A stretch of DNA of 64,000 bases, taken from an uncultured delta proteobacterium. Lineage in GTDB: Bacteria; Desulfobacterota; Binatia; UBA9968. A model generated the notes under the pieces. That model saw only the letters and a list, made by a program, of their open reading frames with translations, was not told where the DNA came from and made no database searches. Position 1 is the first letter of the stretch; every line of letters begins with the position of its first letter. Location: positions 152,397 to 216,396 of the forward strand of contig CAWJZV010000017.1 in the NCBI GenBank assembly GCA_963847445.1, written 5' to 3'. Of the stretch, positions 31,650 through 43,449 are shown in pieces. The position numbers and the translations under genes are program-made.

Positions 31650-31783
31650 AGTCGATTTCTTCGCTAGTGCCATGGTGCAACCTCGATTGCTGGGGAATAA
31701 TTTTCTGAGATACTAGACGATATGACCGGTAACGGGGCAAGACGTCGCGCTGATGCGCGACCGCCAGTACAGGGGAATGAACC

Positions 31784-33014
31784 GTGAGCGAGATTAACTA
31801 CAACACAATCCAACCCGAAAACGGCGTGCCGATCAAAGCCTGGACCAAAGGCGTCGCCGTCGAGGCGTCGGCGGAGAAGCAGCTGCGCAATGTCGCGGCT
31901 ATGCCATTTATCTACAAGTGGGTGGCGGCGATGCCGGATGTGCATTGGGGAATCGGCGCGACGGTGGGGAGCGTGATTCCGACCAAGGGCGCGATCATTC
32001 CTGCCGCGGTGGGAGTAGATATCGGTTGCGGCATGATGGCGGTCCAGACGACTTTGAACGGGAGCCAGTTGCCGGATAACTTGCGCGCGATTCGCACTGC
32101 CATCGAAAAGGCGGTGCCGCACGGGCGCACCGAGAACGGCCGCAAGGGCGATCGCGGCGCGTGGGGCGAGATTCCCAAGCGGCAGATCGGCGTTTGGCGC
32201 CAACTTGAGCGCGGCTACAAAACGATTACAGCAAAGTATCCCAACTTGAACCGCGGCAACGACGTCAATCATCTCGGCACGCTGGGCACCGGCAATCATT
32301 TCATCGAAGTGTGCTTGGACGAGAGCGATCGGGTGTGGTTCATGCTGCATAGCGGTTCGCGCGGCGTCGGCAACCGCATCGGGACCTTCTTCATCGATCT
32401 GGCGCGCAAGGATATGCGCCAGCATATCAAGAATCTGCCGGACCGGGATTTGGCCTACTTCGAGGAGGGCAGCGAGCATTTCGCGGACTATGTCGACGCG
32501 GTGAGCTGGGCGCAGAACTTTGCTTTGTGACAACCGCAAGCTGATGATGGAGCAGTTGATCGAGGCGGTGGAAAATTGCCGCGAGTTGCCGCCGTTTGCG
32601 CTGACGGAAATCGCGGTCAATTGCCATCACAACTATGTTGCGCGCGAAGAACATTACGGCCAGCAGGTGTTTGTCACCCGCAAAGGCGCGGTGCGCGCGG
32701 GCAAGGGCGACATGGGCATCATCCCCGGCAGCATGGGCGCGCGTTCCTACATCGTCCGCGGCCTCGGCAACGACGAAAGTTTTCACTCGTGCAGTCATGG
32801 CGCGGGCCGCTTGATGTCGCGCAACGAGGCCAAGCGGCGCTTCAGTCTCGACGACCATATCAAAGCGACCGCCGGCATCGAGTGCCGTAAAGACTCCGAC
32901 GTCATCGACGAAACGCCGATGGCCTACAAGCCCATCGACGATGTCATGAACGCGCAGAAGGATTTGGTCGAGATCGTCCACACGCTGCGCCAGGTGGTGT
33001 GTGTGAAAGGATGA
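31784..33014 (+). CDS. rtcB: RtcB family RNA 3'-phosphate ligase (frameshift near 32520)
   Basis: MPDVHWG, VGVDIGCG, GTGNHFIE, HSGSRG, HNY, RKGA, PGSMG, SHGAGR, YK. Confidence 0.93.
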
Positions 33015-33080
33015 GATGGAGAATGGAGTACTGGAGTGTTGGGTGGTCTGGAGGCTATCTCAAATCTCTATTACCTTCAC

Positions 33081-34338
33081 TCACTCCAATCCCGGGTTTT
33101 GCATGAACACCGATGGCTGCGAGCTTTTGCTTGGTTTCCGGATGGCGCATGGTGCGCTTCAAGACGAAATCGAACAGCAGCGGATTGTAGTCGTAGATCT
33201 CATTGAGCGCTGTGCGCTCTTCGCCGGTGATAAATCCGTCTCTTGCGAGTGACCTTGTGCGGATCAATGCGTTGATCGCCGGCAACGGGTAATCGCTGCC
33301 GTTGACCAACCGGGGATGCAGATCTTGGCGTTTCAGCAGAGTCGTGAACGGCCCGGGCATGCGGTTGAATTGCAGCATCGCCGAGACCTCGCCGAAGACC
33401 AAGCCGCGATACTTCGCTTCATCCATCAAACGCAGAAATAGATCGAAGCAGTTGGCTTGCTTATCATTGTTGCCTTGGCCGTTGTCGAGGTCGGCGCAGC
33501 TGCCGAGGCTGGCGGCGTGAGCGATGATCACGCGGATGCCCATGTCCAATGGTTTGCGCAGTCTCAGCGGATTGCCGAGTTCTTGATCCTCCTCCGCTTC
33601 TACCGCTTGCTCTTCGCCGCCGTGGGACAAGAGGATCATGTTGTGTTCTTTCATCTTGCGGTAGAACGGCTCGATGGCTTTATTCGCCGGGTCCATGCCC
33701 ATGGCGTTGGGCAGCCATTTTATATACTTCACTCCGGCCTTGCCCCATCTGTCCAATTCGTCGATCGCGTCCCGTCGATACGGGTGTAGCGAAATCACCG
33801 GAAGAAACACATCGGCGTACTGGCGCGCCAGCTCGACGACGTAATCGTTGGGCACATACATGGTGGTCTTGGATCAGATCCACGGTGCCGTCGGGCTTGT
33901 AGTGTTTGTCGAAGGCCAGGATGCGATATTTGCCCTGGCGTTTATTTGCCCGCGCCAGCCGGACCAGGCGGTTAATGTATTCTTGATCGGTGTCGTCGAT
34001 ATTTTTGACATCCGATGCGCTGGAATAAATGAGAAACTTGAGCCGCTCGAGATTGATGCCGCTGCGCATCTTCGGATTCACGAAAGCGTCTTTGACGCTG
34101 GTGCCGATGGCGAGCACATGGGTGTGGAAATCGACGAGCCGGGCTGGGTCGATGCCATCGAAGGCTTGGTCGATGAGTCGTTTAGTTGCGATCCGAGGCC
34201 TTTTGTTCGAGATCCTCGGGTTTTTGCGTGAACGCGCCGCCGATCCGGTCGATCAAGCAGCCGGAAAATAGCAGAAACACCGAATAGGCCGATCAATCGG
34301 CATAACCGGGAAGCTGCACTGAGCCGGAAGTATTTCAT
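33081..34338 (-). CDS. Amidohydrolase family protein, probably exported (several frameshifts)
   Basis: DFHTH, SLHPYR, KWLP, IIAHAAS, NGSDYP across ORFs 34078, 33680 and 33055. Confidence 0.8.
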
Positions 34339-34492
34339 GAGTGGCCACAGTTTCCACAACCGGCCCAGGCTGTCAAACTGGCGAGCGCCGGCGGTAAGAA
34401 AAGTGAACTGTCAGGAGTCTGCGCGGAACAGTTTTCGTCCGCAAGCGATGCGAATTGCCGCTTGGAATACTTAGAAAGATCAAGGCAAGCGA

Positions 34493-34507
34493 TGGTACAG
34501 GGCTTGC
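34493..34507 (+). promoter_or_regulatory. Putative sigma54 -24/-12 promoter
   Basis: TGGTAC-N5-TTGC about 45 nt upstream of ORF 34553. Confidence 0.5.
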
Positions 34508-34552
34508 GCTTGAAAAGCCTCATCCCTGTTCTGTCACCGGTCGGAGAGTGGT

Positions 34553-34918
34553 GTGGAGTTCGACGAAAGCCTTATCAGCAATACCCTGGAACACCGCGGC
34601 TGCGGCATCCGCGCCGCATCTTATGAAGTCGCGCCGAAGTCTTGGCTGCCAGAAGCCTGTGTGTGGGTGCACATGGAAACCGGCGCGCGTAAGATTTGGG
34701 TTCACAGCTTTGCCCACTGCTTCGCCGCGGAGGAGCTCACCTTTTCCAGCAAACTCGACGCCGATTGTTGGGCACTGGTCACCGCCAAGTCGATCATCGA
34801 TCGCGCATTCGAGCAGCCCAAGTCGTCCAGCCAAACTTGGGCGAGACCGCGGGCGAATTATTTTTCGCGTATCTGGGGTTTGACGCGCCGCTCACTCTCT
34901 GTCCGGCGCCATTCCTGA
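34553..34918 (+). CDS. Hypothetical protein (121 aa)
   Basis: GGAG RBS and GTG start; protein-like composition; no family recognised. Confidence 0.6.
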   Translation: MEFDESLISNTLEHRGCGIRAASYEVAPKSWLPEACVWVHMETGARKIWVHSFAHCFAAEELTFSSKLDADCWALVTAKSIIDRAFEQPKSSSQTWARPRANYFSRIWGLTRRSLSVRRHS

Positions 34919-34949
34919 CTAAGTCGCTTCATCCTTGGATGAATTCGAG

Positions 34950-35080
34950 AGGGCGGGTTTAAAACCCGCCCCTACATCGGATTTCCGCTCCGGATTTATT
35001 TTGTGCCCCTTGCCTTCTCTGCGGCCAACATTCCAAATCCGAATCTTAAACTCTGTGATCTCTGCGTGCTCTGTGGTGAG
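34950..35080. repeat. REP-like hairpin plus right arms of TGCGGCC and CTCTGTG palindromes
   Basis: AGGGCGGGTTTAAAACCCGCCCCTAC; ctctgtgatctctgcgtgctctgtggtga. Confidence 0.7.
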
Positions 35081-35201
35081 TCCTTATGCTCTTTCCGTGG
35101 CGCAGCTACGATGTTACTCGATGGTCTTGACTTGACAGACCGTCGCGCCGTTTGTATTGAACAAGCTCCAGGCGTAACGCTTGTCGGCACGGGAGGACTA
35201 T

Positions 35202-36197
35202 ATGGATCTGCAAGAACTCAGTCAGTGGATGAAAGAACGCAACTTAAAGGGCCACTGGGAACACTCGGAATGGTCGCAGACGGTCAAGCCCTGTCTGTGG
35301 AACGGCGAAGAGATCATGCAAGCGCTCAACTGGTCCGGCGAGCTGATCACCACCGGCGAGGCGGGGCGACGGACAGTTCAGATGCGCAATCCGGGATTGT
35401 CCGCCGGCATGACCAACACCGTGCATATCTCGGTGCAGCTGGTAAAGCCCGGCGAGATCGCTGCGGCGCACCGCCACACCGCGGCGGCGATCCGTTTTGT
35501 CGTTAAAGGCACGCCCGACGCTTACACCGTCGTCGAGGGCGAGCGCTTCCCGATGTTCGAAGGCGATTTCATCACCACGCCCAACTGGACTTGGCACGAT
35601 CACTTCAACAATTCCACCGAGCCGGTGATGTGGCTCGATGGTTTGGACGTCCGGCTGGTGACCCACTTTGGCGCGATGATTCAAGAGAATTTCAAAAAAG
35701 AGCAGCAGCCGCTGGAAAAGCCCGACAATCTGTCGTCGAAAGTATTTTCCCATACCCGGCCGAGCTGGGTGAAAAATGATTTTCAAGCGCCGCCGTATCG
35801 TTATCCCTGGGAGGAAACCAATGCTGCGCTGCAAGCGCTCAAGGAGAGCGCCGGCGATCCCTACGACGGCATTCTCCTGGAATATACCAATCCGGTGGAC
35901 GGCGGCCACACGCTGCCGACCTGCTCCTGTTCCATCCAACTGCTGCGGCCCAAGGAAAAAACCAAGTCGCATCGCCACACCAGTACGACGGTTTACTACG
36001 CCTTCCGCGGCCAAGGGACGGCCAAAGTATCGGCCAACGAATTCTCCTGGAAGCAGGGCGATATTTTCGTCGTGCCGTCGTGGATGTGGCACTCGCACGA
36101 GAACACCATGAGCGACGACGCGATCCTGTTTTCGATCAGCGATCGACCGTCGACCGAAGCGCTCGGGTTGTATCGGCAAGAGGGGGAAGCGTCTTAG
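35202..36197 (+). CDS. Gentisate 1,2-dioxygenase-like bicupin
   Basis: AAHRHTAAAIRF, TPNWTWHDH, WLDGLD, YTNPVDG, SHRHTS, VPSWMWHSH. Confidence 0.88.
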   Translation: MDLQELSQWMKERNLKGHWEHSEWSQTVKPCLWNGEEIMQALNWSGELITTGEAGRRTVQMRNPGLSAGMTNTVHISVQLVKPGEIAAAHRHTAAAIRFVVKGTPDAYTVVEGERFPMFEGDFITTPNWTWHDHFNNSTEPVMWLDGLDVRLVTHFGAMIQENFKKEQQPLEKPDNLSSKVFSHTRPSWVKNDFQAPPYRYPWEETNAALQALKESAGDPYDGILLEYTNPVDGGHTLPTCSCSIQLLRPKEKTKSHRHTSTTVYYAFRGQGTAKVSANEFSWKQGDIFVVPSWMWHSHENTMSDDAILFSISDRPSTEALGLYRQEGEAS

Positions 36198-36572
36198 GAT
36201 TTAGAGTCGAGGATGGAGGATCGAAGATCGGGATCGCAAGATTTTCGGCCGATAGATCGCAGCGAGTTGCGCGCCGACTATGCCCGATTGGAGCAGCCAG
36301 GGCGAGGCTCGCCTATGATCTCCATCAACGCTAGCATATCGCATAGCCCAGGATCGCGCTGAGATTCAGGCGATTTTGGATGAGATCGAGCGTGATAACC
36401 GATTCTCTCGCGACTTCCCATCGCGGCAGACGATCGTCGGACTGAGATCATGACGACCAAACGCCGGTAACTTCATTAGACTAGGCGACGAAATTCCAAT
36501 CCGGCGGCCTTGAGCTTTTTTGCCGTTCGATTAACCGAAGCGAAACGTTTGTCGCTCGCCTATTGAACCTGC

Positions 36573-36663
36573 GGTGACGCCGATCTTTTTGCCTTAGATC
36601 TTGCAGGGTCTTGAATTTCGGCAGCGAGTAAAAAACTTTCGAAGGAACTCAGATGGCGTCGGC
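36573..36663 (-). pseudogene. Small relic of a SsuA/THI5-like SBP
   Basis: AI*V...PKFKTLQDL/GKKIGVT resembles PQYKTLQDLKGKKIA of the 38296-39299 gene. Confidence 0.5.
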
Positions 36664-36755
36664 GAAACAAACAGCATCTGGCAACCGACGATTTACGCGC
36701 GCGACGGTGTAATAGTTTTCGCATTATCGCTTACTCCTACGCAGCAGCGAATTTC

Positions 36756-38154
36756 TCAGCCACCCAGTCGAGCGGCGTTTTCGCCGGCCAATATTCCAGT
36801 CACGATCGCTTGCATCAGGCCGCCGGTGTAGCCGCCGCGGTAGCCGCCCATCAGTCCGCCGATGGCGTCGCCGGCGGCGTAGAGGCCGGCGATCGGTTGG
36901 TCGCTTTGATTGAGCGCTTGGCCTTTGCCGTCGATGGCAATCCCGCCCATGGTGAAGGTGATGCCGGAGACCACCCGCAGGCCATAGAAGGGCGCGCGCA
37001 ACACTTTCGGTTTGCCGGTTCGCGTCACTGGCAACGACTTGGAGTCATTCGCGCTAACCGCGCGATTGTAGGACTCGATGGTTTGACTCAAGTTGGTGGC
37101 GTCGACGCCGAGTTTTATTCGCTAAGCCTGCAACCGTGTCGTCGCAAAATAACTCGCCGCCGTTGTCGAGGATCCAGGGATTGGGCGCGGGGATTGCCAA
37201 TGACGTCGAAGACGGCGAACTCTTCGACGCTGCCCATGATTCGCCGTCGAAGATCAAAGTCGCGCCGGTGGGATCGTCGGTGCGGGAAAGCTCGTTGGCG
37301 ACGGCGACATCGCCGCGCCCTTCGTCGACGAAGCGGTTACCGTTGCCATCGACTAAAACTCCTTCATCGACGAAAGAGTCCAAGCGCGGATAGGGCCAGA
37401 AGCGGTCGTCGGTGAGCGCTTTGCGCGCGATCAGGTGGCCGTAGAAATATTTCAGGTTGACCGCTTTGGCGCCGACTTCCAGCGCCATGCGCAGACCGTC
37501 GCCGGTGTCCTGCTTGGAGCCGCGCAGTTTGCAGCGGTCGGCGTGGGCGCCGATGTATTGCTTGACGAGTTCTTGGTTGGCGGCGAAGCCGCCGGTGGTA
37601 AGAATTGTCGCGCGGGCGCGCAGTTCGACGGACTCGCCGTCGCGTTTGCCGATCAGGCCGACGACTCGGTTATTTTCAACGATCAGGCTGACGCCTTCGA
37701 TGCCGTTGAGATAACTGCCGCCGAGATTGAGAAATTTTTGTTTGAGACTCGCGATGGCGCGCGGGCCGACATCTTTTTTGTAGACAGGTCCGAAGGAGAT
37801 TTCGCTCTTCTGGTTGAGCCAGATTCTTCCCGGCGCGGTTTCTTCGATGGCGACACCGACGGTCTGCAACCAGTCGATGGCCCGGCCGCAGGTCTGCGAC
37901 CAGGAGTTTACCAGGTCGGGATAGCCGACGCCTTCGGCCATGACGAAGTCGTAGAGCTCCTTGGCGCCGGTTTTTGGACTTTTGCCGCCGGCGCGCAGAC
38001 TGCCCGACGCCATCAAGACGTTGCCGTCGCCGAGCTCGCCGCGGCTTTTGTCGACGAGCAAAACCTTGGCGCCTTGCTCCGACGCGCGCACCGCGGCGGT
38101 GAAGCCCGCTAAGCCGGCGCCGACGATAAGAATCTCAGTTTGCATTGTTTCCAT
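36756..38154 (-). CDS. FAD-dependent oxidoreductase, fumarate reductase/TcuA-like flavoprotein (frameshift near 37110)
   Basis: IVGAGLAG, TTGGF, DTGDG, GNRFVDEG, TFTMGGI, GLYAAGD. Confidence 0.85.
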
Positions 38155-38182
38155 GGTATTCTCTTGTTTGGGATAAATTTTT

Positions 38183-38258
38183 ACCACGAAGACACGAAGG
38201 GCACGAAGTTCGGAGAATAATTTGTCTCTAACCTTCGTGAACTTCGTGTCTTCGTGGT
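38183..38258. repeat. Intact CACGAAG palindrome
   Basis: ACCACGAAGACACGAAGGGCACGAAGTTCGGA...CTTCGTGAACTTCGTGTCTTCGTGGT. Confidence 0.88.
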
Positions 38259-38295
38259 GAGATCCTCTATTTCATATCAGAGACGAAGTTCACAA

Positions 38296-39299
38296 TTACG
38301 GCAGTTTGTAACCCAATTCCTTGGCCACTTCGGTCGCTAGGCCGGTCGTCGGCGACTTCGGCGAAATTTACTTTGCGATCGGTGAAGCGGCCCTGGGCTT
38401 GGAGCGAGCGCACCAGGTTGTCGATGCCGGGGCGGTTGGGGACGCCGGTTGGATTCAGCGTTGTCTGGAACGCGTCATAGGTGTCGGCGGCGCCCTGACT
38501 GTCCATCTTCAAAAGCCGCATGATCAATTCGACGGTCTTGGGTTTGGATTTGCGCACTTCGTCTTTGGCGACTTGCAGCGCGCGGATGACGCGCCTGATT
38601 TCGGCGGGCCGCTCTTGCACGGTTTTCACCATGGCGGTCAGGCCGCCGCCGGGCATCTCGACCATGGCGCCGACATCCATGAGTTTGTTAAAGCCTTTTT
38701 TCGCCGCGGCAAAAATATGCGGCGGCGACATCAGCGCGGCGTCGACGAAACCGGATTCGAGGGAATAGAGAATCTGCAGTTGCTGGCCGGGTATGGCGAC
38801 CATCGTGTAGTCTTTCGGGTTGAAGCCGGATCTTTCCAACGCAATCGTCAGCGCTACATGGTTGGTGCCGCCGACGCCGCCGGAGAGGGCGATCTTTTTG
38901 CCTTTGAGATCCTGCAGCGTCTTGTACTGCGGCGCGGCCTGGATCCAGTAGGAGATCCGATCCGAGGAAAACCAAATAGCACGCGACTGCAATCCGGTGA
39001 GTGTCGCGGCCACCGATGCCGGCCCGACGCCGGCGACGTAATCGATGTCGCCCTGGGCCATGGCCGCGGCGCCGATGGGCGGGCTCATGACGATGATTTC
39101 AACGTCGAGACCATTGGCATTGAATGTGCCCCAATCGCGCGCGGCCAGGAGCGGCAGCGCGGTGATGGTCAGGCCGGCGTTGGAGATGCGCACTTTGGCG
39201 CGCTTGTCCTGGCTCGCCGCCGGGAGAGCGTTGAGAATGATTAGGAACAGTGCGAAGCAAATTTTGCCAGACTAATTTTCGCGGTGATAATCGATTCAT
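38296..39299 (-). CDS. SsuA/THI5-like substrate-binding protein (frameshifts at both ends)
   Basis: RISNAGLTITALP, DLKGKKIA; paralogue of 40566-41568. Confidence 0.85.
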
Positions 39300-39343
39300 G
39301 ACGGTCCTCTATCTGACCTCTGACCTCGGATTTCCGACCTCCG

Positions 39344-40320
39344 TCATCTGATCAACTTGTTCGCGCGCGCCAGCACCTCCGGCGCAATCGTCACGCCGAT
39401 CTGTTTCGCCGTTTTGAGATTGATCACGAATTCAAACTTCATCGGCTGCTCCACCGGCAGATCTCCTGGCTTGGCGCCCTTCAGGATTCTGTCCACGTAA
39501 TATGCGACGCGCCGGTAGCTCTCCGTTTGGTCCGCCCCGTAGTACATGAGCCCGCCGGCATCTACGGCTTCTGAGTTGCTGTGCACGGACGGCAACCGGC
39601 TCTTCAACGCAAAGCCGACAATCCGTTTTCTGTTAGCATTCATTAGCGAACCCGCGCCAGGAACATACAGTCCATCCGGGCGCTGTTGGCCTATCGCAGT
39701 AAAAACCTTATCGAAATCGTCCGCAACTCGCACCTCCCAAGGCTGAAGAGTCAACCGTAGTGCGCGCGCCGCGACTGGAAGATCCTCTTTCACCTCGAGT
39801 CCAGTGGAGGGCAGGTCTGGATCGTAGAGAACCGCGACGCGGGTAAGTTTAGGAACGGCTTCCTTGAGCAGCTCCAGCCGCTTACCGCCTAGTTCTCTGG
39901 AAAGGAGTGTAAGGCCGGTGACGTTACCGCCGGGACGGGCAAGGCTGTCAACCAGGCCTGACTCGACAGGATCGAGCCCAATGCCCGTCATAACGATGGG
40001 AATCGTTTTGGTCGCATTCTTGGCCGCCCGGATCGGTATGGCCCCTCCTACCAAGATGATATCGACCTTGAGACGGACCAGCTCGGCCGCAAGTTCAGGA
40101 AACCGGTCGAACTTCCCCTCCGCATATCGGTACTCCGTGGCGATGTTCTGTCCTTCGATGTAGCCACGCTCGCGCAGAGCCAGCCGAATTGCCTCGGCAC
40201 GGGCGGATTCAATAGCTGGCGCGTTCGCCGATAGATAACCTATCCGAGGGACCTTGGTGGGTTGCTGCGCCCGACGGCATGGATAAGAAGCGAAAGATTG
40301 TCGTCGATCACGCTAAACAT
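39344..40320 (-). CDS. ABC_sub_bind (PF04392-like) substrate-binding protein; 5' end disrupted
   Basis: AQQPTKVPRIGYL...GYIEGQNI, DPVESGLVDSLARPGGNVTG, GAKPGDLPVEQP, INLKTAK. Confidence 0.85.
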
Positions 40321-40565
40321 GTTAGACACCTGCCCCTTTAGCAACGAGGGGCTAGTGGAGATTTTCTTGTTGCTCTCGATTGCGCGCTCGATGCCGATCT
40401 GCTGCGAAAAGCCTCCCCACACCCATCAAATCCCTCTTAGTCCCCCTCTCCCAGAGGGGGATCGGTCATCGCTAGCGATTTACTTCGTCAGCCCTGTCCA
40501 GCCAACAAGATATGTCGCATAATTAGCTTCCGCACAGCGGGCGAGGGAAAATTTCGCTCGCTGCA

Positions 40566-41568
40566 TCACGGAATTTTGTAGCCCATCTCTCTAGCGACTT
40601 CGGTGGCGAGGCGGTCGTCGGCGATGTCGGTGAACGCCACCTTGCGGTCGACGTGGCGGCCTTGGGACTGCACCGACTTGACCAAGATATCCATGCCGAC
40701 GCGTGTGGGAACGCCGGTCGGACTGAGCGTGGTGAGGAATTGATCGTAGGTTTCGCTGGCGGCTTCACGATCCATGCGCAATAGCTTGACGATCAAGTCC
40801 AGGCTTCTTGGTTTTGACTTGCGAATCTCTTCCTTGGCCATTTGCAGCGAGCGAATCACCCGTTTGGTGTCCACCGGCCGCTCTTGAATGGTCTTGGCCA
40901 AAGTGGTGAGACCGCCGCCGGGCATCTCGACCAGGGCGCCGACGTCCAAAACTTTGTTGAAGCCTTTTTTCTGCGCGCCCAGAGTTACCGGCGGCGACAG
41001 CACCGCGGCATCGACATAGCCGGATTCCAGAGAAATCAGTTGTTGAATCTGTTGGCCGCCGATGGAGACTAAGACAAAGTCTCTAGGATTGGCGCCGACT
41101 TTTTCCACCGCCATGTTGAAGGCGACATGCACCGTGCCCGCCGAGACCGGTGACGGCGACTTTCTTGCCTTTTAGACTTTCAATGGTTTTGAACTGCGGT
41201 TTGGCCATCAGCCAGTAGGAGATGCGGTCGGAGGAAAACCAGATGGCGCGGGTGGCGAAACCGCTCATGGTGGCGTTGACCGAGGCGGGTCCGACGCCGG
41301 CTTGATAGTCGATGTCGCCCTGGGTGAGCGCCGCCGGCACCAGCGCCGACTGCATCAGGATGACTTCCATGTCCAAGTTGTTGGCGTTGAAGATTTTCCA
41401 CTCTTGGGCCGCCAACAACGGCAGCGCCGTGATCGTGAAACCGGCGTTGGTGATGCGCAATTTGCTGCGCCGTTCTTGGCTGGCGCCGTGATCGGCTAAA
41501 AGTAATGTCACGCAAAGAACGATGGCTAGCTTCATGAATGGTATTGGCGTTGGCATGATGATTTTCAT
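40566..41568 (-). CDS. SsuA/THI5-like substrate-binding protein (frameshift near 41135)
   Basis: RITNAGFTITALP, SLKGKKVAVT, VEMPGGGL. Confidence 0.85.
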
Positions 41569-41593
41569 ACGGCGAGCGGCGGCGAAAAGCAAA

Positions 41594-43337
41594 TCACATG
41601 GCGCGCGGGCCGATGCCGGATCGGTGGGCGACAAACCAGTAGAGGGCGATGATCGGCACGAGAATGCACAGCATCACCGTCGTCAATGCCGCGGCCTGGC
41701 CGAAACCGCCGCTCAGCCAGATGCTCCAGATGACCACCGGCAGCGTCATGTTTTCGGCGCGCGAGAGCAGGACGGCGAGAGTGAGTTCGCGGTAGGTCAG
41801 CAAGGCGATCCAGAGCCAGCCGTAGAGGATCGGCGGCGTGAGGATCGGCACGAGAATTCGCCGCATGACGTTCCAGGTGCTGCCGCCGGCGACGTAGGCG
41901 GCTTCTTCGAGCTCGCGATGAATTTGGATCAGCGAACTGTTCATCATGCGCGTGCCGTAACTCAGCCGGACGATGATGTAGAGCAAGAGCAACAGCCAGA
42001 TCGTGCCGTAGAGCGGGATGAAGCCGCGCAGGACGAAGAGCGCGAGCAGGACCGCGCCGATGGCGAAAATAATATTGGGCACGGCGTGGGGCAGAAAGGC
42101 GAAAAAATCGAAGACAAAACGGCAGCGGATCTGCGAGCGCAGCACCACCCAAGCGAAGATCAGGCTGACGATCACCGTGATCGTCGGCGTCAGGATCATT
42201 AAGATAGATGTGTTGCCGGCGCCGCGCAGGACCAGTTCCCAGGGCAGGCCGACATAGTTTTGCAGCGAGGTGCGCGCGAAGGCTTCCACCGACGGCATTT
42301 CAAAATATCTCAGCAGTGATGCCCAAAGTAGCATCGACAGCGGGATGAGCTTGCTCAAAACCAGATACAGCCCGATAAACAACCAGGCGAGCACGGCGCG
42401 GTTGCCGAGTTTAACGATCTTCGGCTGATAGGCTTTGCCGGTGATGACTTCATATTGGTGGCTTTGGCGCTGCACGCGCGAGTACCACCAGCCCAAAAAC
42501 GCCGCCAGGATGATGCCGATGATGCTGAACGTCGCGCTGGCGCCGTATTTCGGCAACCCTTCCTGGGGGCTCACCATCAAATACATATAAGTGCTGAAGG
42601 TAAAAATCCGGTTGGACCAGCCGATGATCGCCGGCACGTCGAAGGCGGACAGGCCGACGGTGAAAATATAAATCGCCGCCGCCAGGATACCGGGCCAGAT
42701 GAGCGGGATGGTGACGGTGAGAATCATCCGCGCGGTGCTGGCGCCGCTGGCTTCGGCGGCTTCTTCGAGCTTGGGGTCCATGGCGCGAAATGCGCCGGCG
42801 GTCATGATGAACGCCACCGGCGTTAAATTTAATCCCTGCACCCAACCCATGCCGGTGATGGTCGTGATGCTGAGCGGCGCGTCAATTAAACCGAAAGTGT
42901 CCTGTAACAATTGATTGACGATGCCGATGCGCGGATGGAGCAGAAACAGCCAGCCCATGGCGACCGCGAAGCCGGGGATGAGCAGACCGATGGTCATAAA
43001 CGTCAGTAAGACGGTTTTGCCGGGGAAATCGCTGCGTTCGACCAACCACGCCGTCGGTATGCCGAAAAAAAAAGCAACCACCAGGGCGACAAACGAGAAG
43101 CCGGCGGTGTTCCACAGAACCTTGTAAGTAAAAGCTTCGCCGAAAACCGTCGTGTAGTTTTTCAAGCGAGAAGCGATTGACGGTGTCGAGCAGCGAGCCC
43201 TCGAAGAAACTCAAATAGAAAACCACCGCCAATGGCGCGAGGATCAGCAGGCTGAAGAAGGTCGCGATGGCGACCATCAGGATGGCCCAGGGGTCGGCTT
43301 GGCCTGAAGGGTTTGAGATATGTTGCGTTGCGCGCAT
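41594..43337 (-). CDS. Iron(III)/thiamine-type ABC permease (FbpB-like, duplicated domain), frameshift near 43165
   Basis: Two EEAA loops (LEEAAEASGA, LEEAAYVAGG); many TM helices. Confidence 0.88.
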
Positions 43338-43364
43338 GAACAGGGTTGGTTTCTGGGATGGGGT

Positions 43365-43387
43365 GGCGATTCGTGAATCGCCCCTAC
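43365..43387 (-). repeat. REP-like GTAGGGGCGATTCACGAATCGCC
   Basis: GTAG tetranucleotide plus hairpin; matches 44567-44591. Confidence 0.8.
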
Positions 43388-43449
43388 GATGGATGCGTGA
43401 ATTAGGACGAGATCCCTCGGTTTCCTCGGGATGACGGCGCGATGCGCCG

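Noticed and set aside
32528-32530. TGA inside rtcB as possible Sec
   Set aside because: Continuation is in another frame and the site is not a conserved Cys position
26417-38258. CRISPR array from recurring palindromic repeats
   Set aside because: Copies are dispersed, not regularly spaced, and no cas genes are present
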